The translations under genes were made by a program, and so were the position numbers. Under the pieces are notes generated by a model, which did not search any database, was not told where the DNA came from, and saw only the letters and a list, made by a program, of their open reading frames with translations. DNA of 48,523 bases from a virus. Lineage: Duplodnaviria > Heunggongvirae > Uroviricota > Caudoviricetes. The stretch covers positions 1 through 48,523 of IMG/VR virus record IMGVR_UViG_3300009175_000009. One strand, 5' to 3'. This document shows, piece after piece, positions 26,396 to 34,392 of this stretch. How positions within the stretch are numbered: the stretch's first letter is position 1; the number at the start of each line of letters is the position of its first letter.

Positions 26396-26486
26396 GTCGG
26401 TTGACCTCACAACTTGGCCGACAAACGAATCATGACTAACCAACCCGTCCTGCGTGACTTGTGAGGTCAAACGTGGGGCGGGTTGG
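26396..26486 (+). ncRNA. Pseudoknot leader RNA, copy 4
   Basis: P1 TTGACCTCACAA (26401-12) with TTGTGAGGTCAA (26459-70); P2 26440-55 with 26471-86. Confidence 0.75.
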
Positions 26487-26506
26487 CGTCATTTCGGAGT
26501 TATATT

Positions 26507-27004
26507 ATGTCGCGTAATCCAGTTGGTACGGCGTGGCGGGACATGAAGTACCGCTGTTTTAATTCAAGCCACCAAGCCTATTTTAACTATGGTGGTCGTG
26601 GAATTACGGTCTGCTTGGGTTTACAAGATTTTACTAAGTTCACCCAGGTTCTAGGCCCACGACCAGAAGGCTACACTCTTGACCGCGAAGATAACGAGGG
26701 TAGCTACACCTGTGGTGAATGCGACCAGTGCCGGGAGAATGAGTGGGTGAAGAACGTAAGGTGGGCTACGCGAAGTGATCAGCAGCTTAACCGAAGGACA
26801 ACGAATCATACCGTACTGTACAGGGGTGTAAGTCTCCATCTTGGAAAGTACTACTTAGCCCAAATTCGCTGTAACGGGTTACTACAATACGTGGGGTGTT
26901 TTCCTACGGCAAGGGAAGCCGCCATCGCGTACAACCAGGCGGCTACAGCCATTCGAGGGGCGAACGCTAAGATAAACCGAATTCGGATTCAGACCGGCAC
27001 GTGA
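26507..27004 (+). CDS. HNH-like/AP2 homing endonuclease
   Basis: AWRDMKYRC...YGGRGITVC...GPRPEGYTLDREDNEGSY...NVRWAT; AP2-like YRGV...AQIR...VGCFPTAREAAIAYN. Confidence 0.85.
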   Translation: MSRNPVGTAWRDMKYRCFNSSHQAYFNYGGRGITVCLGLQDFTKFTQVLGPRPEGYTLDREDNEGSYTCGECDQCRENEWVKNVRWATRSDQQLNRRTTNHTVLYRGVSLHLGKYYLAQIRCNGLLQYVGCFPTAREAAIAYNQAATAIRGANAKINRIRIQTGT

Positions 27005-27016
27005 TTCGCATGTTAA
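26996..27016 (+). promoter_or_regulatory. Sigma54-type motif overlapping an HEG stop codon
   Basis: GGCACGTGATTCGCATGTTAA. Confidence 0.7.
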
Positions 27017-27106
27017 TTCTTCTGAAATAGGTAGGCTAACCGATAGTAATAAACGCTTACGGTTCACCCGCCTCGGTTCTATAAACCACAAACCCCTGAA
27101 ACGACC

Positions 27107-27733
27107 ATGCTAGACAAAACATTCATCCTCGGCGGCAAGGCCATCTTCACCCTTGAGGTTTCGCCGGCCTTCCAAGCAGCCAACGCGAGTGCCAAGCCGC
27201 ACTATACCTACAAGGTCACGCACAAGGCCCCGACCCCGCAGTACCCAAACGAGAAGTGGTTCGTGGCCCTGCTGACCGGCCCTGATAACACCAACGACTA
27301 TCAGTACCAGGGGATGCTCGACGCCGCGACCGGAATTTTCATTCGCGGCAAGAAGGCCCTGCCCGAGACCTGCCACCCCCTGCGGCTGTTCGCCCGAACC
27401 ATGAAGGCGATTTGGGAAGGCCGCAGCGAGCAGATCGAAGCGGCTGGTTTCAGCCTGCACCACGAAGGACGGTGCGGCTGCTGCGGTCGCCGCCTGACCA
27501 CCCCGGCCAGCATCGAGCTGGGCATCGGGCCTGAGTGTGCCGCGAAGCGAGGCTTGGGCCTTGCGGTCGCCGCCGTACACGCGGCTGACGAGGATATCGA
27601 CCTTACGGCAGAGCAGCGGGGCGTGCTGAACGCTCTGGGTGTAGAACCTACAGCCGCTGCCCAAAAAGCCCTTGTGCGGGCGGGCATTCCGACCTACAAC
27701 ACGCCCAACGTACAGCTTTCCCTTTTGAGCTAA
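27107..27733 (+). CDS. DUF6011-like zinc-ribbon protein
   Basis: CGCCGRRLTTPASIELGIGPECA. Confidence 0.65.
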   Translation: MLDKTFILGGKAIFTLEVSPAFQAANASAKPHYTYKVTHKAPTPQYPNEKWFVALLTGPDNTNDYQYQGMLDAATGIFIRGKKALPETCHPLRLFARTMKAIWEGRSEQIEAAGFSLHHEGRCGCCGRRLTTPASIELGIGPECAAKRGLGLAVAAVHAADEDIDLTAEQRGVLNALGVEPTAAAQKALVRAGIPTYNTPNVQLSLLS

Positions 27734-27736
27734 ACT

Positions 27737-27925
27737 ATGGATGACCTAACCAGAAAGCTGATCAGCAAGTGTTCGTACCAGCAAGACTTCGCGGCAGCCC
27801 TGAAATTTGCCGCCGACGTCTTGGCGATTCTGAACAAGCACGATGCCGATCAGCCGACCATCCTGATGTCATCCATCGAGTTGTACGAAACTGAAAAAGT
27901 AGTAAACGGCACGTCAAGTGCATGA
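27737..27925 (+). CDS. Hypothetical protein
   Basis: 62 aa; ends inside the sigma54-like motif at 27908. Confidence 0.5.
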   Translation: MDDLTRKLISKCSYQQDFAAALKFAADVLAILNKHDADQPTILMSSIELYETEKVVNGTSSA

Positions 27926-27928
27926 TAT
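27908..27928 (+). promoter_or_regulatory. Sigma54-type motif
   Basis: GGCACGTCAAGTGCATGATAT. Confidence 0.7.
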
Positions 27929-28008
27929 GCCCAACGGAAAAACAACCGCCAACGCGGCGGTCACCGTGTCCAGTATGATAGCAACCTGAAGAACTAAGGA
28001 GTTCCACC

Positions 28009-28611
28009 ATGCCCGAAAACCGACCTATGCCCGCCCCGACCGAACTGGTCAACGAGTCCATCGAGTTCAGCCAAGACCTCTTGGAGGCCGCTCAGAACTT
28101 CGCCCGCAGCAAGCCGTGGAAGGGCGACCTCGACCTGCGTATCGCCAAGTTCCGCGAGTTTCACGACGCCATTTGCGGCGGCAGCGGCCCGGCCCTGATG
28201 ATCGACATCGACGATGTCGAGACCAACAGTGGGGAGAGCCGCTTCAACCCGGAAATGAACGCCATCGAGATCAATGGTAAGCTCTCGGTGGTGACGTATC
28301 TGTTCCTGTACTTCATGAGCGTGGCCTTTGAGGACGTACAGCGAGGCACGTTCGACGGAGTCGAGCCGATGGTCAAGGCCATGACCTTGTTCAAGAAGGT
28401 CTTCCCCCGCAGCTTCGCCCGCCTTCGCGGCGAGAACGGTATTTTTGTCGCGGGTGGCCTGCACCGCGACCACAACCTTCCCGTCGCCGCCCCGAGCCAA
28501 GCACCGGCCCTGGGTACGGAGAGCGACCCGCAGGTGTTGCCTCCCGCCCCGCAGGTGATCGACATCACCAGCAAGCCGACCCGCACCGACGAGGAGGTCG
28601 GCGAACTGTAA
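28009..28611 (+). CDS. Hypothetical protein
   Basis: 200 aa, AAGGAG RBS, ends EEVGEL. Confidence 0.65.
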   Translation: MPENRPMPAPTELVNESIEFSQDLLEAAQNFARSKPWKGDLDLRIAKFREFHDAICGGSGPALMIDIDDVETNSGESRFNPEMNAIEINGKLSVVTYLFLYFMSVAFEDVQRGTFDGVEPMVKAMTLFKKVFPRSFARLRGENGIFVAGGLHRDHNLPVAAPSQAPALGTESDPQVLPPAPQVIDITSKPTRTDEEVGEL

Positions 28612-28715
28612 TCCTGAACGGTGGGCTCAGCATCCGAGCGTAATCGGGTCAAACCGAGTTGACGGTGCTGAGCCTGCCGACCAAGCAACGCACGGCCCGC
28701 CTGGGTCTACGATAT

Positions 28716-29156
28716 ATGAACACAAAACTACGCACGAAGATCGACGAATTCCTTCAGCACCGGCGGAAGAGTGAGGCTGGAGGCTGGGCCAAGATCACGA
28801 ACGACGACGTCACGAAGCTGGAGGAGATCATCCGACTGCTGATCGAAGCCAAGTGCAAGCCCGACTCCGAGGGCGAGCGACCCATCGAGTTCATGCTCAT
28901 CAACCGTCGCACGCACCACAGCATGAACTACTGCGCCCTGCCCTACGACGCGTGGATCCGTCACGACGATGCTGATCTTCCGCCGCCAGCGACCGCCGAC
29001 GAAATCATGGACCTGGCAATGCTGAACCTGGGCCTCGCCAGCGGCGACGTGACCCAGCAGTATCGCCAGCAGCGGCACGACCGCACCGAAGCCGCACAGC
29101 GGGCCAAGAGCGAGCCCAAGCCGCGGGCTGACGATATCGAAGACGAGGATAACTGA
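28716..29156 (+). CDS. Hypothetical protein
   Basis: 146 aa, acidic C-terminus. Confidence 0.55.
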   Translation: MNTKLRTKIDEFLQHRRKSEAGGWAKITNDDVTKLEEIIRLLIEAKCKPDSEGERPIEFMLINRRTHHSMNYCALPYDAWIRHDDADLPPPATADEIMDLAMLNLGLASGDVTQQYRQQRHDRTEAAQRAKSEPKPRADDIEDEDN

Positions 29157-29169
29157 CGAAGGGTCATCG

Positions 29170-29198
29170 TTGACACAAGGCCCAACGTGTACTATGCT
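29170..29198 (+). promoter_or_regulatory. Sigma70-like promoter of the tRNA-tmRNA transcript
   Basis: TTGACA-N17-TATGCT. Confidence 0.75.
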
Positions 29199-29344
29199 GC
29201 GGTTCAGCCGCGTGCTTAGTACACGTTGGGCTTCAAATAATAGGGACGGGAGCATCACCGAGGGATGTTACCGAGGTGGTGGATAGAAACGCGGGAGTGG
29301 AGGTGATGAACCTCCACTCCCGTGCCCGAGTCTGGTAAGTATGA

Positions 29345-29418
29345 CGCGGAGTGGAGCAGTCCGGTAGCTCATGAGATTCATAATCTCAAGGTCGCAGGTT
29401 CAAATCCTGTCTCCGCCA
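29345..29418 (+). tRNA. tRNA-Met(CAT) with initiator-like body; CCA not encoded
   Basis: Complete cloverleaf: acceptor CGCGGAG/CTCCGCC (C1xC72 mismatch), D stem GAGC/GCTC, anticodon arm TGAGA-TTCATAA-TCTCA, T arm GCAGG-TTCAAAT-CCTGT. Confidence 0.92.
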
Positions 29419-29496
29419 CTCGTAGCCATCAGGCTAGGTTAGGTCGCCCGCACGAACGCCGACAGCGTGCGGGACGGCAGCAGATTGTCGGCAACC

Positions 29497-29872
29497 GGGG
29501 GCGAATTGGATTCGACCGGGCAGCTAGAAGATTGAGTTGCGTGTCGTGGTTGGTCAGCAGGCCACGTTAATAGCCGACCAAAAACTTACTTGCCAAAAAC
29601 AAGTTCGAGAAGGCTCCGGCCTTCGCCCTCGTGGCCTAATAACCACGAGCCGACTGCGAACCCATCCGAGAGGTTCAAAAGCCGGCTGTAAACTCGGATC
29701 GTTCACGGTCGCTGCTGGTCACGCCGTGGATTAAAAATGCTACCGGCTGGTCGAACGACAACCCTGTTGATCCGGGGATCGCGAGACGACAGCTTGCAAA
29801 TAGGATCGACTACACACGTAGACGCTTGATCGGAAATGTCGCGGGACGCGGGTTCGATCCCCGCCGCCTCCA
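29497..29872 (+). ncRNA. ssrA: tmRNA; predicted tag (A)AKNKFEKAPAFALVA
   Basis: 5' GGGGGCGAATTGGATTCGAC; 3' GCGGGTTCGATCCCCGCCGCCTCCA; G3.U wobble in the acceptor stem; tag ORF 29592-29639 ends TAA TAA. Confidence 0.93.
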
Positions 29873-29945
29873 CTAGGCCGACTGCACGCCGGGACTACAT
29901 CTACCATGAACGAAGATGTCTCGGCAAACACCTCGTCGGCCTTTT

Positions 29946-30893
29946 CTACTTCCAGATGGTAGCCGCCTCGGCGGCGTTCATCTCGCCGGGATCCTTGCGG
30001 TGTTCCGGAACCAGAGCCGTGCGGTTCTCGTGGATAAGCTGACCGGCCAGGACCAGAGCCTGCTCCTCCGCCGCCTGGTCGAGGAGAATCACCACCTCAT
30101 CGAAACGCTCCGACAGCTTGTTGAGGATGACCTTCTGCTGCGGCGTGATCGATGTGGTTTGCACCGATACCGCGTAGCATCCGCGAGGAGCGTAGACGTT
30201 CAGGTTCAGGGCATCGAACGGGCCTTCGTTCACGATGAGCTTTCGTCCGCCGTGTTTGGCCTGCGGCAGTCCGAAGATGCCCCACTTTGGCTGCGGGCCG
30301 GCGGGCTCGGCTTTGTACCGCAGTCGGGACTTGGTGATCGCCCTGCCGTAGAACGCGATCATGTTTCCGGCCCAGTCGTGAATCGGGAACAGGATGCGAT
30401 TGGCATGTTTGCCGGTTACGGCACACTTCAGGTCATACTCGTCGCAGGCCCAGGCGATATCGCGGTTGGGTATCTTGCGGTCATAACGCATGTAATCCCA
30501 ATAGTCCCGCGTGACGCCTTCAGGGTGTATTATGCGGGCTTCCTGCGGCCAATTGATCACCTTGACCGATTTCTTTACGGGATGCTCCTTGGCCATGAAC
30601 GCGGCGACCGCGGCTTCGTAACCTTCCAGCGGCGGACCTTCATCTTCGCCGATACTGCGGGCCGCCTCGTGGCCGGCGAGCAGTGAGATGATCCGTTGGA
30701 AACTCATGCCGTGGTTTTTGTTACGCCAGCAGAAGTAACCGCCGTCACGCAAACTGATATTACCGTGTTCGCTGCGGTCGGCTTCGCCACACATCGGGCA
30801 GTGGATGCTTACGCAGCCTCGCTTCGTGTTCTTGCCGTCCGTGACGTACTTAATACGGAAGCGGTCGAGGATTTCTTTAACGTTCATGATCAC
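29946..30893 (-). CDS. DNA primase (zinc-binding + TOPRIM)
   Basis: HCPMCG...YFCW, RILFPIHD...AFYGRAI, IVNEGPFDAL, ILLDQ. Confidence 0.85.
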   Translation of the reverse strand: MIMNVKEILDRFRIKYVTDGKNTKRGCVSIHCPMCGEADRSEHGNISLRDGGYFCWRNKNHGMSFQRIISLLAGHEAARSIGEDEGPPLEGYEAAVAAFMAKEHPVKKSVKVINWPQEARIIHPEGVTRDYWDYMRYDRKIPNRDIAWACDEYDLKCAVTGKHANRILFPIHDWAGNMIAFYGRAITKSRLRYKAEPAGPQPKWGIFGLPQAKHGGRKLIVNEGPFDALNLNVYAPRGCYAVSVQTTSITPQQKVILNKLSERFDEVVILLDQAAEEQALVLAGQLIHENRTALVPEHRKDPGEMNAAEAATIWK

Positions 30894-30899
30894 CTCATG

Positions 30900-31023
30900 T
30901 GGAGCATACGGGGATCGAACCCGCAGGCGAATGGCTACGCTGCGAGTCGGTCGCCTCCATTGCGCGGTAGCGACCGCCGCCCTGCGTAACTATTCAGCAT
31001 CCGCGCCGCGTGCGGCATGCCCC
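30900..31023 (-). ncRNA. Ala-identity tRNA-like RNA lacking a normal anticodon loop
   Basis: GGGGCAT/ATGCTCC-A acceptor stem with G3.U70 and A73; T arm GCGGG-TTCGATC-CCCGT; long irregular hairpin in place of the anticodon arm. Confidence 0.6.
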
Positions 31024-31284
31024 GTACCACAAATAGACACGGCAAAGCTCATCGTGTCTAGTCGTTAGCTCGGCCTGCGGTGGCCAGTAATAGTGCCAGG
31101 GGCGGATCTTCGGATCCGACGCCACACCGCGGCGGCGACGCCCGCCCATAGCGGACGTGGGCAGCCGCGGGCCGGGCGTTTGATAACCTCGCGTTGACGG
31201 GAGGTGGCAACCTCGCTATGTTGGGAAGTTGCTAACGAAATACCGATAAACGAGGAACAGGCGACCCGCGACGGTCGCCTGTTC

Positions 31285-31710
31285 ATGGCTTGCAGCAATC
31301 GGAGGTTGCTAGTGCCTACTCCTCATCCTAACACGATCATACAGGACGGTCAAGGGCCACATCGTACTATCTCGGAATCTACACGACGGCTTATTCTAGC
31401 CATCGATCAGCAGCTACTCGACGATCTTAGCAAGCGTGACCTTCTGCTCATGCTGGAGTGCTTTTATCACACGGACAAAGATACGTGCCGGTTCCCGATG
31501 CGTAATCGGGACGTCATGCAGCGGTTTCGATGGAGCCACCAGGAGACTCTACACCACATCTGGGAGCTTGAGCGTCGCTTTATCATCATGTGTAGAACAG
31601 GGTGTCGGTGGGAGTTCCTACCCGACCGTGAATACTACAGCGAACTGGTAGTCGAATTAAATAAAACACGGAAACGCGTCAGTCCGCGTTCTCGCAACGG
31701 GGAATTGTAG
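31285..31710 (+). CDS. Hypothetical protein, possible winged-HTH replication protein
   Basis: Start uncertain: the GTG at 31204 lies inside a sigma70-like promoter. Ends RNGEL. Confidence 0.5.
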   Translation: MACSNRRLLVPTPHPNTIIQDGQGPHRTISESTRRLILAIDQQLLDDLSKRDLLLMLECFYHTDKDTCRFPMRNRDVMQRFRWSHQETLHHIWELERRFIIMCRTGCRWEFLPDREYYSELVVELNKTRKRVSPRSRNGEL

Positions 31711-31712
31711 GC

Positions 31713-32786
31713 ATGGCTAGATTACACGAATCAGAATACCGAAGCCGTGAGGCTACCCGCCTCCGCCGCCTGGATCATATCAGCAAGCGTGGCATGCTGC
31801 TGTACGAGTTTTGCAGGCAGCGGGCACACTGGAAATCATGCCGGTTCTATATGAGCCCAGGCGAAACCGCCGAGACCCTTGGTTGGTGTGCGAGGGAGGA
31901 ATATCGCCGCCGCAGGGAACTGATCGATGCCGGTATCATCAAGATCATCAAGGGGCGACGATACGAGTTTCTCCCGTGGTTGGAAACCGCAGAAACCAAT
32001 GCAGTCACAGAAGATACCGCTGCTGTTGATGATACACGTCCCGCAGATCATACAGCAGATCATACAGCCGGTTGTGACGAAGTGAATCGGACAACTCTTG
32101 TCCGGTTAATCGGACAAAAGCTGTCCGACCATGAAACAGAACACCTAAACAGAAGCAACGAGTACGTTGCCGCCGCAAAGCGGCGACGACAGCAGCCGCC
32201 AGTTGTTGGCAGGGAAGACACCAATAGATCATCCACCCCTGGATCATCAACGCGACGCTTCCAGCGAAGACGTCCAATACGGCCTGTCGAGGATGAGACA
32301 ACCGTCCTGCAAGATCATGAAAATATCGTAACCCAGCACAGTACACCAGAAGGAGATCATACAGTGCCAAGTCGACAAGTACCTGCTCGCCCTGTGCGAC
32401 CAATATCATATAACAACCGAACCAGCAACAGTCGTCTCTCAGCAATCATGGCAGACGAGATCAGCAACGCCCTGCATCCGTCGCGTAGCGACTGGCAGCG
32501 TATCAGCGAAATGACGTCCATCGGCCTGCGTGGGGCACGCAGCCATTACTTCAGGTTGGGATCAGCCACCTGTGTCCGTATGCTGCAGCGACTTCAGGAC
32601 GAACGTCGCCGGATGGAAGACGTGGAAATGCGAACCGAAGACTACATCGCATCCCGCCTGCTCGTAATGATCAAGCGTTACGTTGCCCATCCCGTGGAGA
32701 TCACGTTTGATATGGAAGAAGCACCCGAAGAGGAATCTTGGGCCGACGTGCGATGCAACCGGCCCAAACCGGACGGAGTCATTTAA
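31713..32786 (+). CDS. Putative replication initiator-like protein (N-terminal HTH, low-complexity middle)
   Basis: SPGETAETLGW...RRRELIDAGII HTH-like segment; directly upstream of the helicase. Confidence 0.45.
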   Translation: MARLHESEYRSREATRLRRLDHISKRGMLLYEFCRQRAHWKSCRFYMSPGETAETLGWCAREEYRRRRELIDAGIIKIIKGRRYEFLPWLETAETNAVTEDTAAVDDTRPADHTADHTAGCDEVNRTTLVRLIGQKLSDHETEHLNRSNEYVAAAKRRRQQPPVVGREDTNRSSTPGSSTRRFQRRRPIRPVEDETTVLQDHENIVTQHSTPEGDHTVPSRQVPARPVRPISYNNRTSNSRLSAIMADEISNALHPSRSDWQRISEMTSIGLRGARSHYFRLGSATCVRMLQRLQDERRRMEDVEMRTEDYIASRLLVMIKRYVAHPVEITFDMEEAPEEESWADVRCNRPKPDGVI

Positions 32787-32794
32787 TTGTGAGC

Positions 32795-34345
32795 ATGAAT
32801 TACCTTGAGCAGATAGACCTGCTCACCATTTGCTGTTACCGCGACCGCGGCGGCAAAACAATCTCAGCTATCTGTCCCACGACCCTGTACGAACCCGCCG
32901 AGGTACGCAACCTCGCCGATAAGCTGTACGCCTATATCGACGAGCATCACTGCCCGCCCAAAGATCTGTTCATCAACATGATCGAGGAACTGCGGGAACG
33001 CTACCCCGACGACGAGGATACTTACGATCACATTCAGCGGTCGATTCTCGACGCCAAGACGACCGTCAACGAGGACTACACCGTCCCCAAGCTGCGGCGG
33101 TTCATGCGAACGCAGAACATGAGCCTGGCACTGCGAAGGATCATCGAACTGCACAACGCCGGCGATGACGAGGCCGCGATGCACGCGATGGTGAAGGCCG
33201 CCGACGAACGTGACGCAGCCCTTGACCCTGGCCTCGACCTGAATCTTCTGGGTAAGTTCGTTGGCCCGCAGCACCGCGAGCAGAACGACAGCTTCGAGAC
33301 CGGCATCGAAATCCTCGACAAGCATCGCGTGACGCCCGCCCGCAAAGAGATGCTGATGTTCGTCGCCCCAGCGAAGCACGGCAAGACCTTTGCGATGGTA
33401 CAGTTTGGCAAGCGGGCCATGCTCCAGCGCAAGAAGGTCTGCCACGTGACCTTGGAGATGTCGCAAGAGGAGATCATGTATCGCTATGTGCGAACCATGA
33501 CGACGATGGGCGACGCAGATACGATCACCAGGCCGTGGATTCAAAAGGACGAGGAAGGCAAGTTCCTCGACTGCGGCACCACGGAGGTTCCCAACCCAGC
33601 CCGGTTCGGCACCGACGAGGGCGACCGAGTCATCAACAAGTTCCTGCGGAAGTTCAAGGGCAGGCTACCCCTGAAGATTAAGGAGTTCCCCAGCGGCCAG
33701 CTTTCGGTGATGGCCCTGCGGAAGTGGCTGCGGGCCTTGGAAAGCGTGCATAACTACGTCCCCGACCTGCTCCTGGTTGATTATCCCGACCTGATGAAGG
33801 AAGACCAGTCCAGCAACCGCGACTATCGTATTCAGCTAGACAAAATTCTGGTCGGGCTTCGCGGCATCGCCAGTGAGATGGCGTGTGCCGTGGTGGTGGC
33901 CAGCCAGACGAACCGCGACGGGGCTCACAAGAAGAACGTGCGGGCTCACGACGTTGCTGAATCGTTCGGCAAGGTGATGACGTTTGACAAGGGCATCTTC
34001 TACAGCCAGACCGACGACGAGAAGAAGGCCAACCTCGCCCGCCTGTTCGTGCTGGGCCGCAACGTCAAGAGCAGCTTCGAGTTTCTCATCAGCCAGTGCT
34101 ACGATACGAATACGTTCGCCGTGGACTGTGCTTACATCGACAAGGATTGTTACCCGCCGCGTGGATCGCCGGATCGCGATTCTAATACCGCGCGAAGTGG
34201 GCGGCAACGAGTGCCTGAACGGGAAGCGGAGGACGACGGAGAGACTGCCGTCGCTCCGCCGCGAGGTCGGGCTCAGGGAAGAGCCCGACCGGACCCGGTT
34301 CTTGCGGCATATAGCGGAAGTGCTAATGCAAGTGGCCACGTTTGA
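32795..34345 (+). CDS. DnaB-like replicative helicase
   Basis: Walker A APAKHGKT, HVTLEMS, LLVDYPDL, VVASQTNR. Confidence 0.88.
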   Translation: MNYLEQIDLLTICCYRDRGGKTISAICPTTLYEPAEVRNLADKLYAYIDEHHCPPKDLFINMIEELRERYPDDEDTYDHIQRSILDAKTTVNEDYTVPKLRRFMRTQNMSLALRRIIELHNAGDDEAAMHAMVKAADERDAALDPGLDLNLLGKFVGPQHREQNDSFETGIEILDKHRVTPARKEMLMFVAPAKHGKTFAMVQFGKRAMLQRKKVCHVTLEMSQEEIMYRYVRTMTTMGDADTITRPWIQKDEEGKFLDCGTTEVPNPARFGTDEGDRVINKFLRKFKGRLPLKIKEFPSGQLSVMALRKWLRALESVHNYVPDLLLVDYPDLMKEDQSSNRDYRIQLDKILVGLRGIASEMACAVVVASQTNRDGAHKKNVRAHDVAESFGKVMTFDKGIFYSQTDDEKKANLARLFVLGRNVKSSFEFLISQCYDTNTFAVDCAYIDKDCYPPRGSPDRDSNTARSGRQRVPEREAEDDGETAVAPPRGRAQGRARPDPVLAAYSGSANASGHV

Positions 34346-34392
34346 TAGAACCTGTCATAATGAGGCGTGTCTGGTTCGCTAGGAGAAATAAC

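Noticed and set aside
14990-27004. RNA-associated nucleases as IscB/TnpB (OMEGA) systems
   Set aside because: The proteins are only 165-224 aa, with no RuvC motifs, bridge helix or PLMP domain, and no IS ends.
29322-29734. ORFs 29322-29570 and 29537-29734
   Set aside because: They overlap the tRNA and tmRNA, which explain the sequence.
29916-30686. Long + strand ORF opposite the primase
   Set aside because: Antisense shadow of a GC-rich gene with no motifs. The same applies to 2449-3117, 14193-14873, 32864-33544, 41642-42421, 43196-44020 and 45865-46842.
30900-31023. Canonical or intron-containing tRNA-Ala
   Set aside because: No 7-nt anticodon loop or correctly placed TGC can be rebuilt by removing one segment, and the D arm is too short. 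Kept as a tRNA-like RNA instead.
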